DNA of 64,000 bases from NCBI GenBank assembly GCA_040219255.1, contig JAVJSW010000012.1, positions 1-64,000 on the forward strand. The letters are read 5' to 3'. Positions within the stretch are counted from its first letter, which is position 1, and each line of letters begins with the position of its first letter. This document shows positions 17,090-27,604 of this stretch, in pieces. The position numbers were made by a program, and so were the translations under genes. The notes under the pieces were generated by a model. It was given only the letters and a program-made list of their open reading frames with translations. It had not been told where the DNA came from and ran no database searches. The stretch comes from Sumerlaeia bacterium (lineage in GTDB: Bacteria > Sumerlaeota > Sumerlaeia > SLMS01 > JAHLLQ01).

Positions 17090-18970
17090 ATGTCCAACGA
17101 ACAACGCTGGGTCCTGTTCTTCCTGATCTTTATCACCGGCTTCTTTTTCTTCAGCAGCCGCAGTGCGGAACGCGCTCGCGAGCGCCGCGCTGCCTGGGAG
17201 GCGGAGCAGGCCGCGGCTCAGGAAATGGCCGGTCCGCAAGACGAACCGGACGCCATCGCGGCCCCGGCGCCGCCCGACGGCGCCATCGACTCCCCCGCGT
17301 CCACGGAAACCCCGGCGGACAGCGGCCAGACCGCGGGCGCGCGCTTTCCCGGCAGCCCCCTCGACGCCCCGCGCGTCAATGTGACCACAGATTACATGGA
17401 AGTCAGCCTCTCCACCAAGGGCGCCGTGCCCGTGTCGTGGGAGATCCTGCCTTCGGACTGGGTCGCGGCGGTCGAGAACACCGATACCGGCACGACCGGT
17501 GTGGCGAGCCTGATCCCGGTTCTGCGCGATCCGGGCGATCACGAGTTTCCCCTCCAGTTGGAGGGCTACACCGCCGAAGAATTCAACAATGTGCTCTTTG
17601 AAGTGGAACGGGAAGACCGCGGCGACGCCACCGTTCTGCGGTTCACATCGCCGCCGCTGGGCGGGGTTCAGGTCACCAAGACTTACACCATCCCCAAGGA
17701 CAGCTACATGGTTGGCCTGCGGGTCGAGGTAGCCAATGGCGAGTCACGCACGCGGCTGGGCCGCCCCAGCGAAGGCTGGGGCCTGGGCTGGCAGGGCGGC
17801 TTCATGCAGCCCGAGGAAGAAAACCGGCTGACGGGCCAGGTGCGGGCGGTGGCCTCGGTGAACAACGACCTGCGCGAGAAGCGCCTGGACCTGAACGATC
17901 CGCCGGTGGAGTACACGAAAGACGTGGCGTGGGCGGGTCTGGAACGCAAATACTTCGCGGCGCTTCTGGTGCCCTCGCCTGAGAACGCGGCCGAACGGCT
18001 GAAGATGGAAGTGCGCGAGCGCGACATCGCCAGCGAGTACCGCCAGAAGGGCGTCGCCGCCCCCATGACCGTAGTGCTCACCCACGAGGCCATCGACCTG
18101 GAGCCGGGGCAGCGGGTGGCGCTGGATTACAGCGTTTTCGCCGGGCCGAAAAGCCACGACCTGCTGATGGAGGCGGATGTGCCGATGATCGCGGCGGGTA
18201 TCGATCTGGAACGGCTGACCTTCAGCCAGGTGCCTCTGGGGCAGAACTGGATCCGCCCCATCGCGCTCGGTTTGCTCGAAGCCCTCAAGTGGTTCCACAA
18301 TCTGGTGGGCAACTGGGGCCTGGCGATCATCGTGCTCGTGCTGGTGGTCAAGATCGTCCTCTATCCGCTGTCGCACTGGGCCATCAAAAACCAAGCGAAG
18401 ACGATGGCGGAGCAACAGCGCATCCGCCCCGAACTGGATGAAATCAACAGGAAGTACAAGAACGACCCACAGAAGAAGAGCCAGGAGATGATGCGGCTCT
18501 ATCGCGAGCACAACATCAATCCGCTGGGCGCGGTGCGTGGCTGCTTCCCGATGCTGCTCCAGATGCCGATTTTCTTCGGGCTCTACATTTTGCTCGAGGG
18601 CGCGGTGGAGCTGCGGGGCCAGAGTTTCCTGTGGATCGACGATCTGGCCCAGCCCGACCGCCTGATTCCCTTCGGATTCGCGATCCCGCTGCTGGGCTGG
18701 ACCGCCTTCAACATTCTGCCGCTCCTGATGGCCGGCTCCCAGTACTTCGTTTCGCGTCTGATGTCGGCGAACATTTCCGACCCGATGCAGCGGCAGGTGA
18801 TGGTGATGATGCCTTTGGTCTTCGTCATTTTCCTCTACAACCTGCCCTCGGGCCTGATGCTCTACTGGGTGGTGCAGAACATCTGGCAGATCGGGCACAC
18901 AATCTTGACGAAGCGAGCGGTCGAGGCGCACAGCGGTCCTCCGCCGTCAGCGGCCGCGGCACCGGCCTGA
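17090..18970 (+). CDS. yidC: Membrane protein insertase YidC
   Basis: Large periplasmic domain; NWGLAII, YREHNINPLG..GCFPMLLQMPIF, FLWIDDL, LPSGLMLYW. Confidence 0.96.
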   Translation: MSNEQRWVLFFLIFITGFFFFSSRSAERARERRAAWEAEQAAAQEMAGPQDEPDAIAAPAPPDGAIDSPASTETPADSGQTAGARFPGSPLDAPRVNVTTDYMEVSLSTKGAVPVSWEILPSDWVAAVENTDTGTTGVASLIPVLRDPGDHEFPLQLEGYTAEEFNNVLFEVEREDRGDATVLRFTSPPLGGVQVTKTYTIPKDSYMVGLRVEVANGESRTRLGRPSEGWGLGWQGGFMQPEEENRLTGQVRAVASVNNDLREKRLDLNDPPVEYTKDVAWAGLERKYFAALLVPSPENAAERLKMEVRERDIASEYRQKGVAAPMTVVLTHEAIDLEPGQRVALDYSVFAGPKSHDLLMEADVPMIAAGIDLERLTFSQVPLGQNWIRPIALGLLEALKWFHNLVGNWGLAIIVLVLVVKIVLYPLSHWAIKNQAKTMAEQQRIRPELDEINRKYKNDPQKKSQEMMRLYREHNINPLGAVRGCFPMLLQMPIFFGLYILLEGAVELRGQSFLWIDDLAQPDRLIPFGFAIPLLGWTAFNILPLLMAGSQYFVSRLMSANISDPMQRQVMVMMPLVFVIFLYNLPSGLMLYWVVQNIWQIGHTILTKRAVEAHSGPPPSAAAAPA

Positions 18971-19099
18971 CGCCGGACCACGGGGGGGGCCAACCGGCCC
19001 CCGCCACATCGTGATCGCTCGCTTCGGCGCCACCCGAATCCTCTCGGTCCGATTCGGTGGCGTGCGCATCTTTAACGCCAGCAAGGACCCACAGCCATC

Positions 19100-20059
19100 A
19101 TGAAAGAAATTGAAATCATCGCCCGCTCAGAGGAAGAAGCCCTCGGCAAAGCCGCCGAGCGGCTTGGGGCCAGCCCCGGCGACATCCACATCGTCGAAGA
19201 ATACGAACCGGACGACGACGACCTGGCGGTCCTCGACCGCGAAGAGGCGGGCCAGGACATCGCCGACGACGCTCCCGAACCCGTTCTCTACGTCTTGCGG
19301 GTGGGCATGGGGCCTTATCTGCGGGCGGCGGAGGAATTCGGCAACGGCCTCGTCGGGAAATTCCAGCCCGGCGCCACCTGCGAAGCCATCCCCCGCGGCG
19401 ATCACCTCCGCCTCTACATCCACGCCGTCGAACCGTCCATCCTCATCGGGCGCGACGGCGCCACGCTCAATGCTCTCCAGCACATCTGCAACCGGGCGCT
19501 GCCACGATGGAACCAGTCCGATGGTAAGGAAGACCGCGATTTCCCGCTGGTCCTGCTCGATATCGAGGACTACCTCGACCGCAAGCACGAGCGCCTGGAG
19601 CGCATCGCCGACCGCGCCGTGGGCAAGGCGAAGAAAACGCGCCGCAAGGTTTCCCTGAAGCCCATGACGAGCATGGACCGCAAGTACGTCCACAACTACC
19701 TCAAAGAGCAAGGCGGCATCGAAACCTACAGCGAGGGCCGCGATCCCTACCGCTACATCGTCATCGAGCCGAAAGGGGGCCGCCGCGGCGGCGGACGCAG
19801 CGAAGCACCTCCCAGATCGGGCGCCAAGAAGGGTCCCAAGAACGGCAATCTTCTCACCCCGGAGGAGGCGGAGGAAAGGCGCCGCCGCGAGGAGTTCTTC
19901 ACGCCGCCGACGGACGACCTCTACGAGGAGGAAACGGACGACGAAGAGAACTTCGACGACGTGGAAATCGAGGAGCACGAAAGCCGTCTGCCTCCTTATC
20001 AGGAGCCGGAAGACGACAAGCGCGACCGGCCCCTGGTGGACGAACTGGAATTCGAATGA
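19100..20059 (+). CDS. jag: Jag/KhpB RNA-binding protein (Jag_N, KH, R3H) with acidic tail
   Basis: Follows yidC; LIGRDGATLNALQ (KH); LKPMTSMDRKYVH, TYSEG.DPYR (R3H). Confidence 0.93.
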   Translation: MKEIEIIARSEEEALGKAAERLGASPGDIHIVEEYEPDDDDLAVLDREEAGQDIADDAPEPVLYVLRVGMGPYLRAAEEFGNGLVGKFQPGATCEAIPRGDHLRLYIHAVEPSILIGRDGATLNALQHICNRALPRWNQSDGKEDRDFPLVLLDIEDYLDRKHERLERIADRAVGKAKKTRRKVSLKPMTSMDRKYVHNYLKEQGGIETYSEGRDPYRYIVIEPKGGRRGGGRSEAPPRSGAKKGPKNGNLLTPEEAEERRRREEFFTPPTDDLYEEETDDEENFDDVEIEEHESRLPPYQEPEDDKRDRPLVDELEFE

Positions 20060-20154
20060 GGGGAGCGCTGGCTTTTTGGTCCAGTGCGCCTTGACGCTCC
20101 GGTCTGTCTTTTGCTGCCATAGGGGCCGTAAATCGCCACTAAAGGTCCCTGGGC

Positions 20155-21117
<963 letters not shown>

Positions 21118-21120
21118 GAA

Positions 21121-21328
21121 AACACGGAGGGCACGGAGGGAGGAGTTCCGCGGATTTTTTTTGGAGCCGCGGATGAATTGGATATTTGTTTTTGTCTGAT
21201 CGGCAGTGGGCAGTTCTTCAGCCCACGGAGTTCTTCCCTTCTCTCGGCCCTATTCGCATTTCTTCCCATCCATCCGCAGCCAATCCCTCCTTTGTGACTC
21301 CTCTGTCCTCCGTGCCCTCTGTGGTGAA
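21121..21328. repeat. Inverted pair of repeat arms between cysK and recF
   Basis: AACACGGAGGGCACGGAGGG (21121-) and CTCTGTCCTCCGTGCCCTCTGTGGTGAA (21301-21328). Confidence 0.8.
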
Positions 21329-21336
21329 TTTTCCCT

Positions 21337-22503
21337 GTGCGCATCAGCCACCTTTCCATTGAACGCTTCCGGCTGCTGTCGCGCGAGTCTCTCGATCTCG
21401 CGCCGGGGGTGAATCTGCTGACGGGGGCGAACGCGCAGGGCAAGACGTCCGTGCTCGAGGCCGTCGCGTATCTGTCCACAGGGCGGAGTTTTCGCGCCAG
21501 CCGCGACCGCGAGACAATCGCCAGCTCGTCCCCCCCGGAAACGCCATTCGCCGCCATCGAAGCCACCTTCGAAAGCGAAGCCTCGGGCGCTCATGACCTG
21601 CGACTGGCCATCGAGCGGGGCAAGAAAACCGTCTGGCTCGACGGGAAAACTCTGCGCACCTTGACTGACCTTTGGGGGCATTTGCGCACCGTGCTCTTCG
21701 TGCCGTCGGACTTGCAGGTGGTCCAGGGCGCCCCGGCGCTGCGGCGCTCGGTGATGGACGGGCTGCTGGGTCAAACGGACCCGGCGCACCTGCGAACGCT
21801 GGCGGCGGCGGCAAAGGCCTTGCAGAACCGCAACGCACTGCTCAAGCGCCGGGCTTCCCTCAAGGATCCCCAGTTCGAGGCGTTCGAGGAAACGCTGGCG
21901 GAAGCGGCGGCCCGCGTTCTGATCGGGCGGGCGCGGATGGCGCGCGATCTCTCCGCGGACGTGGAAGGACCGGTGGCGGAGCTGACCGGCGGCGGCGAGC
22001 GCGTTCGGCTGGCCTACGAACCGGGTTTCGCCAGCGGGGCGGGCGTGAAGGCGGAGGAACTGCCCACCGCCAGTCCCCGCGAACTGGCCGAGCGCCTGCG
22101 GGCCTGGTGGGCGCAGGCGCGGGCGGGCGACGCGGAACGCTTCGTGACGCGCGACGGCCCCCACCGGGACGACCTGCGGTTCGAGATCAATGGCTCGGAC
22201 GCCAGGACTTACGCCAGCCAGGGCCAGACCCGCAGTTGCGTTCTGGCGCTGCGGCTGGCAGAGGTCCACCTGCTCTGGCGGGAAGGGGGCGAGGCTCCGA
22301 TCCTGCTGCTCGACGACATTCTGGGGGAGTTGGACCGGCAGCGCTCCCTGAAGTTTCTGCATCTGGTTGCTGACATTGGAGTGCAAACACTGATCACGGC
22401 GACGGATGCCTCGATGCTGGAAGGGATTTTGCCGGTGGAACGGCGATTCGTGGCGAGCGGCGGGAAAGTGGCGGGATTTGAGAGTAGCGGACCAGCCGTG
22501 TAA
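21337..22503 (+). CDS. recF: DNA replication/repair protein RecF
   Basis: GANAQGKT Walker A, GPHRDDL, ASQGQ, PILLLDDILGELD. Confidence 0.96.
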   Translation: MRISHLSIERFRLLSRESLDLAPGVNLLTGANAQGKTSVLEAVAYLSTGRSFRASRDRETIASSSPPETPFAAIEATFESEASGAHDLRLAIERGKKTVWLDGKTLRTLTDLWGHLRTVLFVPSDLQVVQGAPALRRSVMDGLLGQTDPAHLRTLAAAAKALQNRNALLKRRASLKDPQFEAFEETLAEAAARVLIGRARMARDLSADVEGPVAELTGGGERVRLAYEPGFASGAGVKAEELPTASPRELAERLRAWWAQARAGDAERFVTRDGPHRDDLRFEINGSDARTYASQGQTRSCVLALRLAEVHLLWREGGEAPILLLDDILGELDRQRSLKFLHLVADIGVQTLITATDASMLEGILPVERRFVASGGKVAGFESSGPAV

Positions 22504-22661
22504 GAATTTGCTCAAAAAACGCTTTAGTCGGCGTCCACGCCCAATTCACGGGCTGGAAGGCTCGGTCTGAGGACAGAATTTTCTTGCTTGCTGGCGAGGT
22601 TCCAGGCGAAAGAGTTGTGTAGTGCGACCGCACTTTTCCACGAGAAGAGGATTTTCGAGCC

Positions 22662-24848
22662 GTGAGCCCAAAAAGCCCGACGTCCGCGCCTGCCGAACCC
22701 GTTGTTGCGACATCTTCCAGCGACTCCGCCATTCCCCGCCTCACGGCGGACAAGCACTCCAACCGCCTGCATCCGGTGCAGGTGGAATACAGCTATCCGC
22801 TCGGTTCCTGGACCGACATGGAGGAGCCGCTGCCCGGCGATCTGCTGGAAACCGATCCCGAGGCACTGCTGGACCGGTTCTCCTCGCCGGTGCAGTACAT
22901 CGAGCGCATCGCCCCCGTGTCGGCTCAGCTGGACGGAGACAAGCTGAGCGGCAAGAACCCGACGGAACTTCAGGTAAAATTCATCCGCCGGCTGGCCAAG
23001 CGCCTCGATACGGTGGCCCAGGTTCTCGAGCGCGCCAACATCGAGAACTTCGGCGAAAAGGGCCCGGTGGCCTTTATGGGCCTGTGCCTCGACCCCGACA
23101 CCATCACGCGCATTATCGAACTCGATTACGAGACGGCGGACAACGTGTACAGCCGCATCGCCGCGCTCTGGGACAAGGGCCACATCAGCCCTGTCATCAC
23201 GACGCCCTTCCACACGATGCTGCCGCTGTATCAGAACGACTTCGACGTCCGCCTGCTGGTGCGCATCGGCCTGGAATTCTACTGGCCGATGCTGAAGAAG
23301 TACAACGCCACGGTGCGCAGCAAGCTGGGCGAGGAGAAGTTCACGGCGACGGTGGCTCTGCCGGAAGGGGCGTTTTCGTCGAAGGTCTTGCAGATTTTCC
23401 ACGAGGTCTTCCTCAAGCGCTGCGAAGAGGAGGGAATCGCCGAACCGCACCTGATCTTCCTGCTGGACTGCGAACAATCGCGGGAGCGCGAGACGGACCT
23501 CTTGATGAAGCGATGGAACACGCTGCGGCCGTCGCCCCTGACCCGCGACATCGTGACGATCATCTATCGCGAGCGGCTCTTCAGCGATTGGGTGGTGACG
23601 GGCCATCCCTCGACGAAGAAGCAGCTCGACCGCACCATCGCGAAGGTGGACGCGGTGCTGCGCGATCAGGGCGTGGATCACCTGTGGAGCCATTGGGAGC
23701 GTCTGATGACGCTGCTCTCGACCTTCAAAACCTGCACGAATTTCGAGCAGAAGCTCATCAAGCTGGCGGAGTTGGGCTACCAGCCCTGTGGCCCGGATGT
23801 TTTCGCACGCCGCAAGATCCTGAAAAAGCTCGGAATGGCCGAGGACGACGATCCCCGGCGCACGTCCCTGCGCGAACTGACCTGCTGGAATTCCTACGAG
23901 GACGCCCCCGGCTCGATGGTCCGTTTCACCGGCGTGGAAGACCACGGCAACCAATTCAATACCAAGCTGGTGCTGGGCAAGGATCGCCCCTACGACCGCG
24001 TCGCGCCCGATGGGACGGTGAAGAAAATGCGGGGCAACCCGTGCTGGAAACACGCGCTGCTGCGGGCTCTCCAGACGGTGCACCGGGCCATCGTGGGCGA
24101 ACCCAAGACCCTGATGGGCGGGATGCTCGGGCTGCTGCGCGACACCGTACCGATCCGCCGCGTGCCGCTTCTGCGTCAGAACATCGAGGACTTCCTGGTG
24201 GTGCATGCCCGCATCCACTGGAAGGAACACTTCATCCACCACATTTACAGCGAAGCAGACATCCGGGTCGAGGAATTCGCGCGCGAGTACCTGCTGCAGA
24301 ATCTGCCGGAGGACGCCGAGCGCGACACCCTGGACGACGAGGAAATCGCCATCTGCGCCGCCGCGGCGGAAGCCATCTATCACGCCCATATGGGCCTGAG
24401 TTCGACGGCCTTCGCCTTTGAGAATATGGATCAGCGGGCCACCTATCAGAACGTGTCGATGATGACGCTGGCGGTCGTTCACGCGGTGTACGCGTTCCAT
24501 TGGGCGGAACGGCCCGAGGACGCCAAGGCGCTCCTCGACGTGTTCGAGCGCGAGTTGCTCAACTTCTCGGAAGCCTTCACCCGCCACGGCATCGACAAGT
24601 TGGGGGTGCCAGAGAAGCTCTGGCGTGCGACCATCAAGAGCCACGTGGCCGACAGTGACCTGAACGTGGTCGAGCGCGCCGCGCGCCGCGTGGCGGCGAT
24701 CCACCTGCGGCCCCTGGGTTACCGCAAGGAATTCGATCGCAAGGACGAGTACATCAGCTCGAACGTCGGCCATATCTGGACTTACGAAATCCAACATTCG
24801 AACCTGGAATGGGAAAACGAAACCTTCTGCGGCTTGCAGGAGGAGTAA
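22662..24848 (+). CDS. Divergent GH57/DUF3536-like protein
   Basis: TPFHTMLPL and ALPEGA resemble GH57 regions 2 and 3; WKHALLRAL and LSSTAFAFEN parallel WRQPLREAL and YTSCGWFFDE in the 40418-42865 protein. Confidence 0.6.
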   Translation: MSPKSPTSAPAEPVVATSSSDSAIPRLTADKHSNRLHPVQVEYSYPLGSWTDMEEPLPGDLLETDPEALLDRFSSPVQYIERIAPVSAQLDGDKLSGKNPTELQVKFIRRLAKRLDTVAQVLERANIENFGEKGPVAFMGLCLDPDTITRIIELDYETADNVYSRIAALWDKGHISPVITTPFHTMLPLYQNDFDVRLLVRIGLEFYWPMLKKYNATVRSKLGEEKFTATVALPEGAFSSKVLQIFHEVFLKRCEEEGIAEPHLIFLLDCEQSRERETDLLMKRWNTLRPSPLTRDIVTIIYRERLFSDWVVTGHPSTKKQLDRTIAKVDAVLRDQGVDHLWSHWERLMTLLSTFKTCTNFEQKLIKLAELGYQPCGPDVFARRKILKKLGMAEDDDPRRTSLRELTCWNSYEDAPGSMVRFTGVEDHGNQFNTKLVLGKDRPYDRVAPDGTVKKMRGNPCWKHALLRALQTVHRAIVGEPKTLMGGMLGLLRDTVPIRRVPLLRQNIEDFLVVHARIHWKEHFIHHIYSEADIRVEEFAREYLLQNLPEDAERDTLDDEEIAICAAAAEAIYHAHMGLSSTAFAFENMDQRATYQNVSMMTLAVVHAVYAFHWAERPEDAKALLDVFERELLNFSEAFTRHGIDKLGVPEKLWRATIKSHVADSDLNVVERAARRVAAIHLRPLGYRKEFDRKDEYISSNVGHIWTYEIQHSNLEWENETFCGLQEE

Positions 24849-24871
24849 AGCGCCACCTGTTCCTTCAGGTA

Positions 24872-24900
24872 TTCACCACCGAGCCACCGAGCACACAGAG
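24872..24900 (+). repeat. Solo repeat arm
   Basis: TTCACCACCGAGCCACCGAGCACACAGAG, 23 nt after the GH57-like stop codon. Confidence 0.65.
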
Positions 24901-25274
24901 AAACTTGTTTTTGTTGAAGCTAGGCGGTGGAATCTTGAGGTGCGAACGCGTGTGCGGATCACTCCTGAAACCACAGCCTCTCGTTCGGCGAGGTGGCCGA
25001 AGGTCGATGGGCAGGGCTAAGCATCGGCAGGTTTGTCGTCTCTGAGAGAAAAAAATTCGGGCGACTGGAGGCGGCCAATAATCAGTTCGTTACTCCTTCT
25101 TGTTTTGCCGGGACCCTTCCGCCAGAGATTTGGGGGATCGCCGAGGAAACCCGGTCCACTATGGTGAAGAATTGGAGAAAGCGCCCCGCCGGGCGAACCC
25201 GTCCTTGCCATCGGCTCAGCCCTCCCCCACCATGGAGAAAGGTCCAAAATTCCTTTCCCCCATGGTTTTTCTTT

Positions 25275-26660
25275 ATGCTCCGTCGTTTCTCTCCCGCAGT
25301 CCTCGCCCTTTGCCTGACCCTTCCCTTCGGAGCCGCTCTGGCTCAGGCTCCGGCCGATCCGGACAAGGCGGTCTCCGATCAGGCGGTCGCTCTGCTCAAG
25401 CGCGAGGACCTGCCCATCGAGAGCCGCATCGCCGAGCTGGACAAATTGATCCGTCAATCGCCGGACAACGCGCTGGCGTGGGCGGCGCTGGGCGAACTGC
25501 GCGAGCGAACGGGCCAGGATGAGGCCGCCCTCGCGGCCTTCGAACGGGCCGTCGCCAAGAACCCGACGCTGTCGACGCCATGGCACTGGATCGGCGTTTT
25601 GAAGAAGCGCCACCGGCGCGATCTGCCGGGGGCCAGGAACGCCTTTGAACAGGCGCTGGCGAACGACCCGCCGAACCGCGCCGTGGAACTGAACGAACTG
25701 GCCGTGACGCTGGCCATGATGGGGGAAATGGCGCCGGCTCTTTCGCGCTGGCGCGAAGCCATCGCCGAAGATCCAGAGTGGGGCGTGCTTTACGCGAACG
25801 CGGCGAAGGCGGCGCTCGCTCTGAATCAGGAAGACACGGCCCGCCAATTGGTGGAGCAGGGGCTGGACGCGGATCGCTTCGAGGACATCCTGGTTTTCCA
25901 TTGGGCCCAGCACCTGCTTCGCGAGGGCGAAGACGAGGAAGCCATCGCCGTTCTGCGCAAGGCCCTCGCCCGCCAGCCCGAGAACCTGGAAATTCGCTTT
26001 CGCCTCAGCGAAGCGCTGGGAGCCGGCGGCCAGGACGAGGCCGCCCAGGAGGAACTGCGCCGCATCGTGCGCGAGGCCAAGGCGAGCGGAAACAGCGCCG
26101 CCGCTCAATCGGCCAGCTTCCGCCTCTTCGAAATGAACGACGGCCGCAACGCCGACCGGTTCCAGAAGGCCGTGAACCTGGTGCTGAAGGAGCCGGACCT
26201 GTCCGATCCGAAGGACCTGCGCAGGGACACGATCAAGGCCATCAAGTACCTCGACGAAGTGCTCGAAGATCATCCGGACCTGTGGAACGCGCTCTTCGTG
26301 CGCGGCGTGGCGCACCGGCGGATCGGCCAGTACGACCGGTCGGAGCAGGACCTGAAGGCCGTTCTGGCGCTCTATCCGAACGAACCGAACACAACGATCA
26401 ACATGGCGCTGCTGCGGCGTGAGCAGGGCAAGCCGGCGGAGGCCGCCGACTACGCCCGCAAAGCCGCTGAACTGGCCAACCGCGACCCCGCCGTTCTCAT
26501 GAACGCCGCCTTCGTGATGCTCTACGCGGAGGAATGCGAGGCGGCGCGGGCCTATTACGACCGGGCGCGAATGCTGGTTCCCGTGGAAGTGCTCGACGGC
26601 GCGGCGGACCCGCTCGAGCCCCTGGCGGAGGAAATCGCCGCCGCCTGCAAGGGGGGCTGA
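25275..26660 (+). CDS. Secreted tetratricopeptide repeat protein
   Basis: Signal peptide; several TPR units (PDNALAWAALGE, A..AFERAVAKNP, ALFVRGVA). Confidence 0.88.
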   Translation: MLRRFSPAVLALCLTLPFGAALAQAPADPDKAVSDQAVALLKREDLPIESRIAELDKLIRQSPDNALAWAALGELRERTGQDEAALAAFERAVAKNPTLSTPWHWIGVLKKRHRRDLPGARNAFEQALANDPPNRAVELNELAVTLAMMGEMAPALSRWREAIAEDPEWGVLYANAAKAALALNQEDTARQLVEQGLDADRFEDILVFHWAQHLLREGEDEEAIAVLRKALARQPENLEIRFRLSEALGAGGQDEAAQEELRRIVREAKASGNSAAAQSASFRLFEMNDGRNADRFQKAVNLVLKEPDLSDPKDLRRDTIKAIKYLDEVLEDHPDLWNALFVRGVAHRRIGQYDRSEQDLKAVLALYPNEPNTTINMALLRREQGKPAEAADYARKAAELANRDPAVLMNAAFVMLYAEECEAARAYYDRARMLVPVEVLDGAADPLEPLAEEIAAACKGG

Positions 26661-26797
26661 TTGCTGGGGTGCCGGATAACGGGGGCGCCTGACCCGCGCC
26701 AATTGCCTCGATCGGTGAAGAATTGCCCGGCCATCGGGCCGCTCGCGAACGGGTTTCGCTTTGGCAGAGGCCGATTACCGAGGAGGCAAACTCTGCC

Positions 26798-27604
26798 ATG
26801 AAACGCAAAACACTGATCGGATGGGCGGCTGTGGGAGCCGCGCTGTCCGCGATGCTGCCACTGGCGGCGGCTTTGGCCCAGACACCCGCATCCCGGCCAA
26901 GCCAGACTCCCCACGGCGCCACGCCCGCTCCCACGCCCGTCCTGGTGGAACTCTTCACCAGCCAGGGATGCTCGTCGTGCCCTCCGGCGGACCGGCTCTT
27001 GAACGAATTGATCGCGGAGCGATCGGTGAACGGCGCCGAAGTCATCGGTCTGGCCTGGCATGTGGATTACTGGGATGGCCTGGGTTGGCCCGATCCGTTC
27101 GCAAGCGCGGAGGCCACCGCCCGGCAACGCTGGTACAGCGGTCACTTTGACGGCCGCGTTTACACGCCCATGATGATGGTCAATGGTGGCGAAGCCTTCG
27201 TCGGCAGTTGGGCCAAACAGGCGCAGCAGAGTATCGCTTCGGCGGCAAAGTCAGAGCCGGTGGCGTTGGGCCTGACCGTCGCTGCACCGGACGAGGGGGG
27301 CGCATTGCCGGTGGAAGTGAGGCTGGCTCGGTCCTTGGGGGCGACCGGCGATGGGCTGGCGCTGGTGGTTCTGCTGGTCGAGGACGACGTGTGGACCGAG
27401 GTGCGGCGGGGGGAGAACAGGGGGCGGACCCTGACCGAATCGGGCATCGTGCGCAGCACGTTGCGAGGGCGCGAGGCGAAGAGTCAGACGGTGACGCTGA
27501 TCGTGCCGCGCGAGGTCGAACGGGAGAACGCGCGGGTTGTGGCATTTCTTCAGAACGAGCGGAGTGGCCGGGTGTTGGGGGCGGCGCAGGCGCGCTTGCC
27601 TTAG
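26798..27604 (+). CDS. DUF1223 secreted thioredoxin-like protein
   Basis: VLVELFTSQGCSSCPPAD, HVDYWD.LGW.DPF, YTP...VNG, RGEN.GR.L. Confidence 0.92.
   Translation: MKRKTLIGWAAVGAALSAMLPLAAALAQTPASRPSQTPHGATPAPTPVLVELFTSQGCSSCPPADRLLNELIAERSVNGAEVIGLAWHVDYWDGLGWPDPFASAEATARQRWYSGHFDGRVYTPMMMVNGGEAFVGSWAKQAQQSIASAAKSEPVALGLTVAAPDEGGALPVEVRLARSLGATGDGLALVVLLVEDDVWTEVRRGENRGRTLTESGIVRSTLRGREAKSQTVTLIVPREVERENARVVAFLQNERSGRVLGAAQARLP

Noticed and set aside
24900-25270. Possible ncRNA or tRNA in intergenic gaps (also 16750-17080, 6870-7120)
   Set aside because: No cloverleaf or recognisable riboswitch consensus by eye; an Infernal/Rfam scan would be needed.
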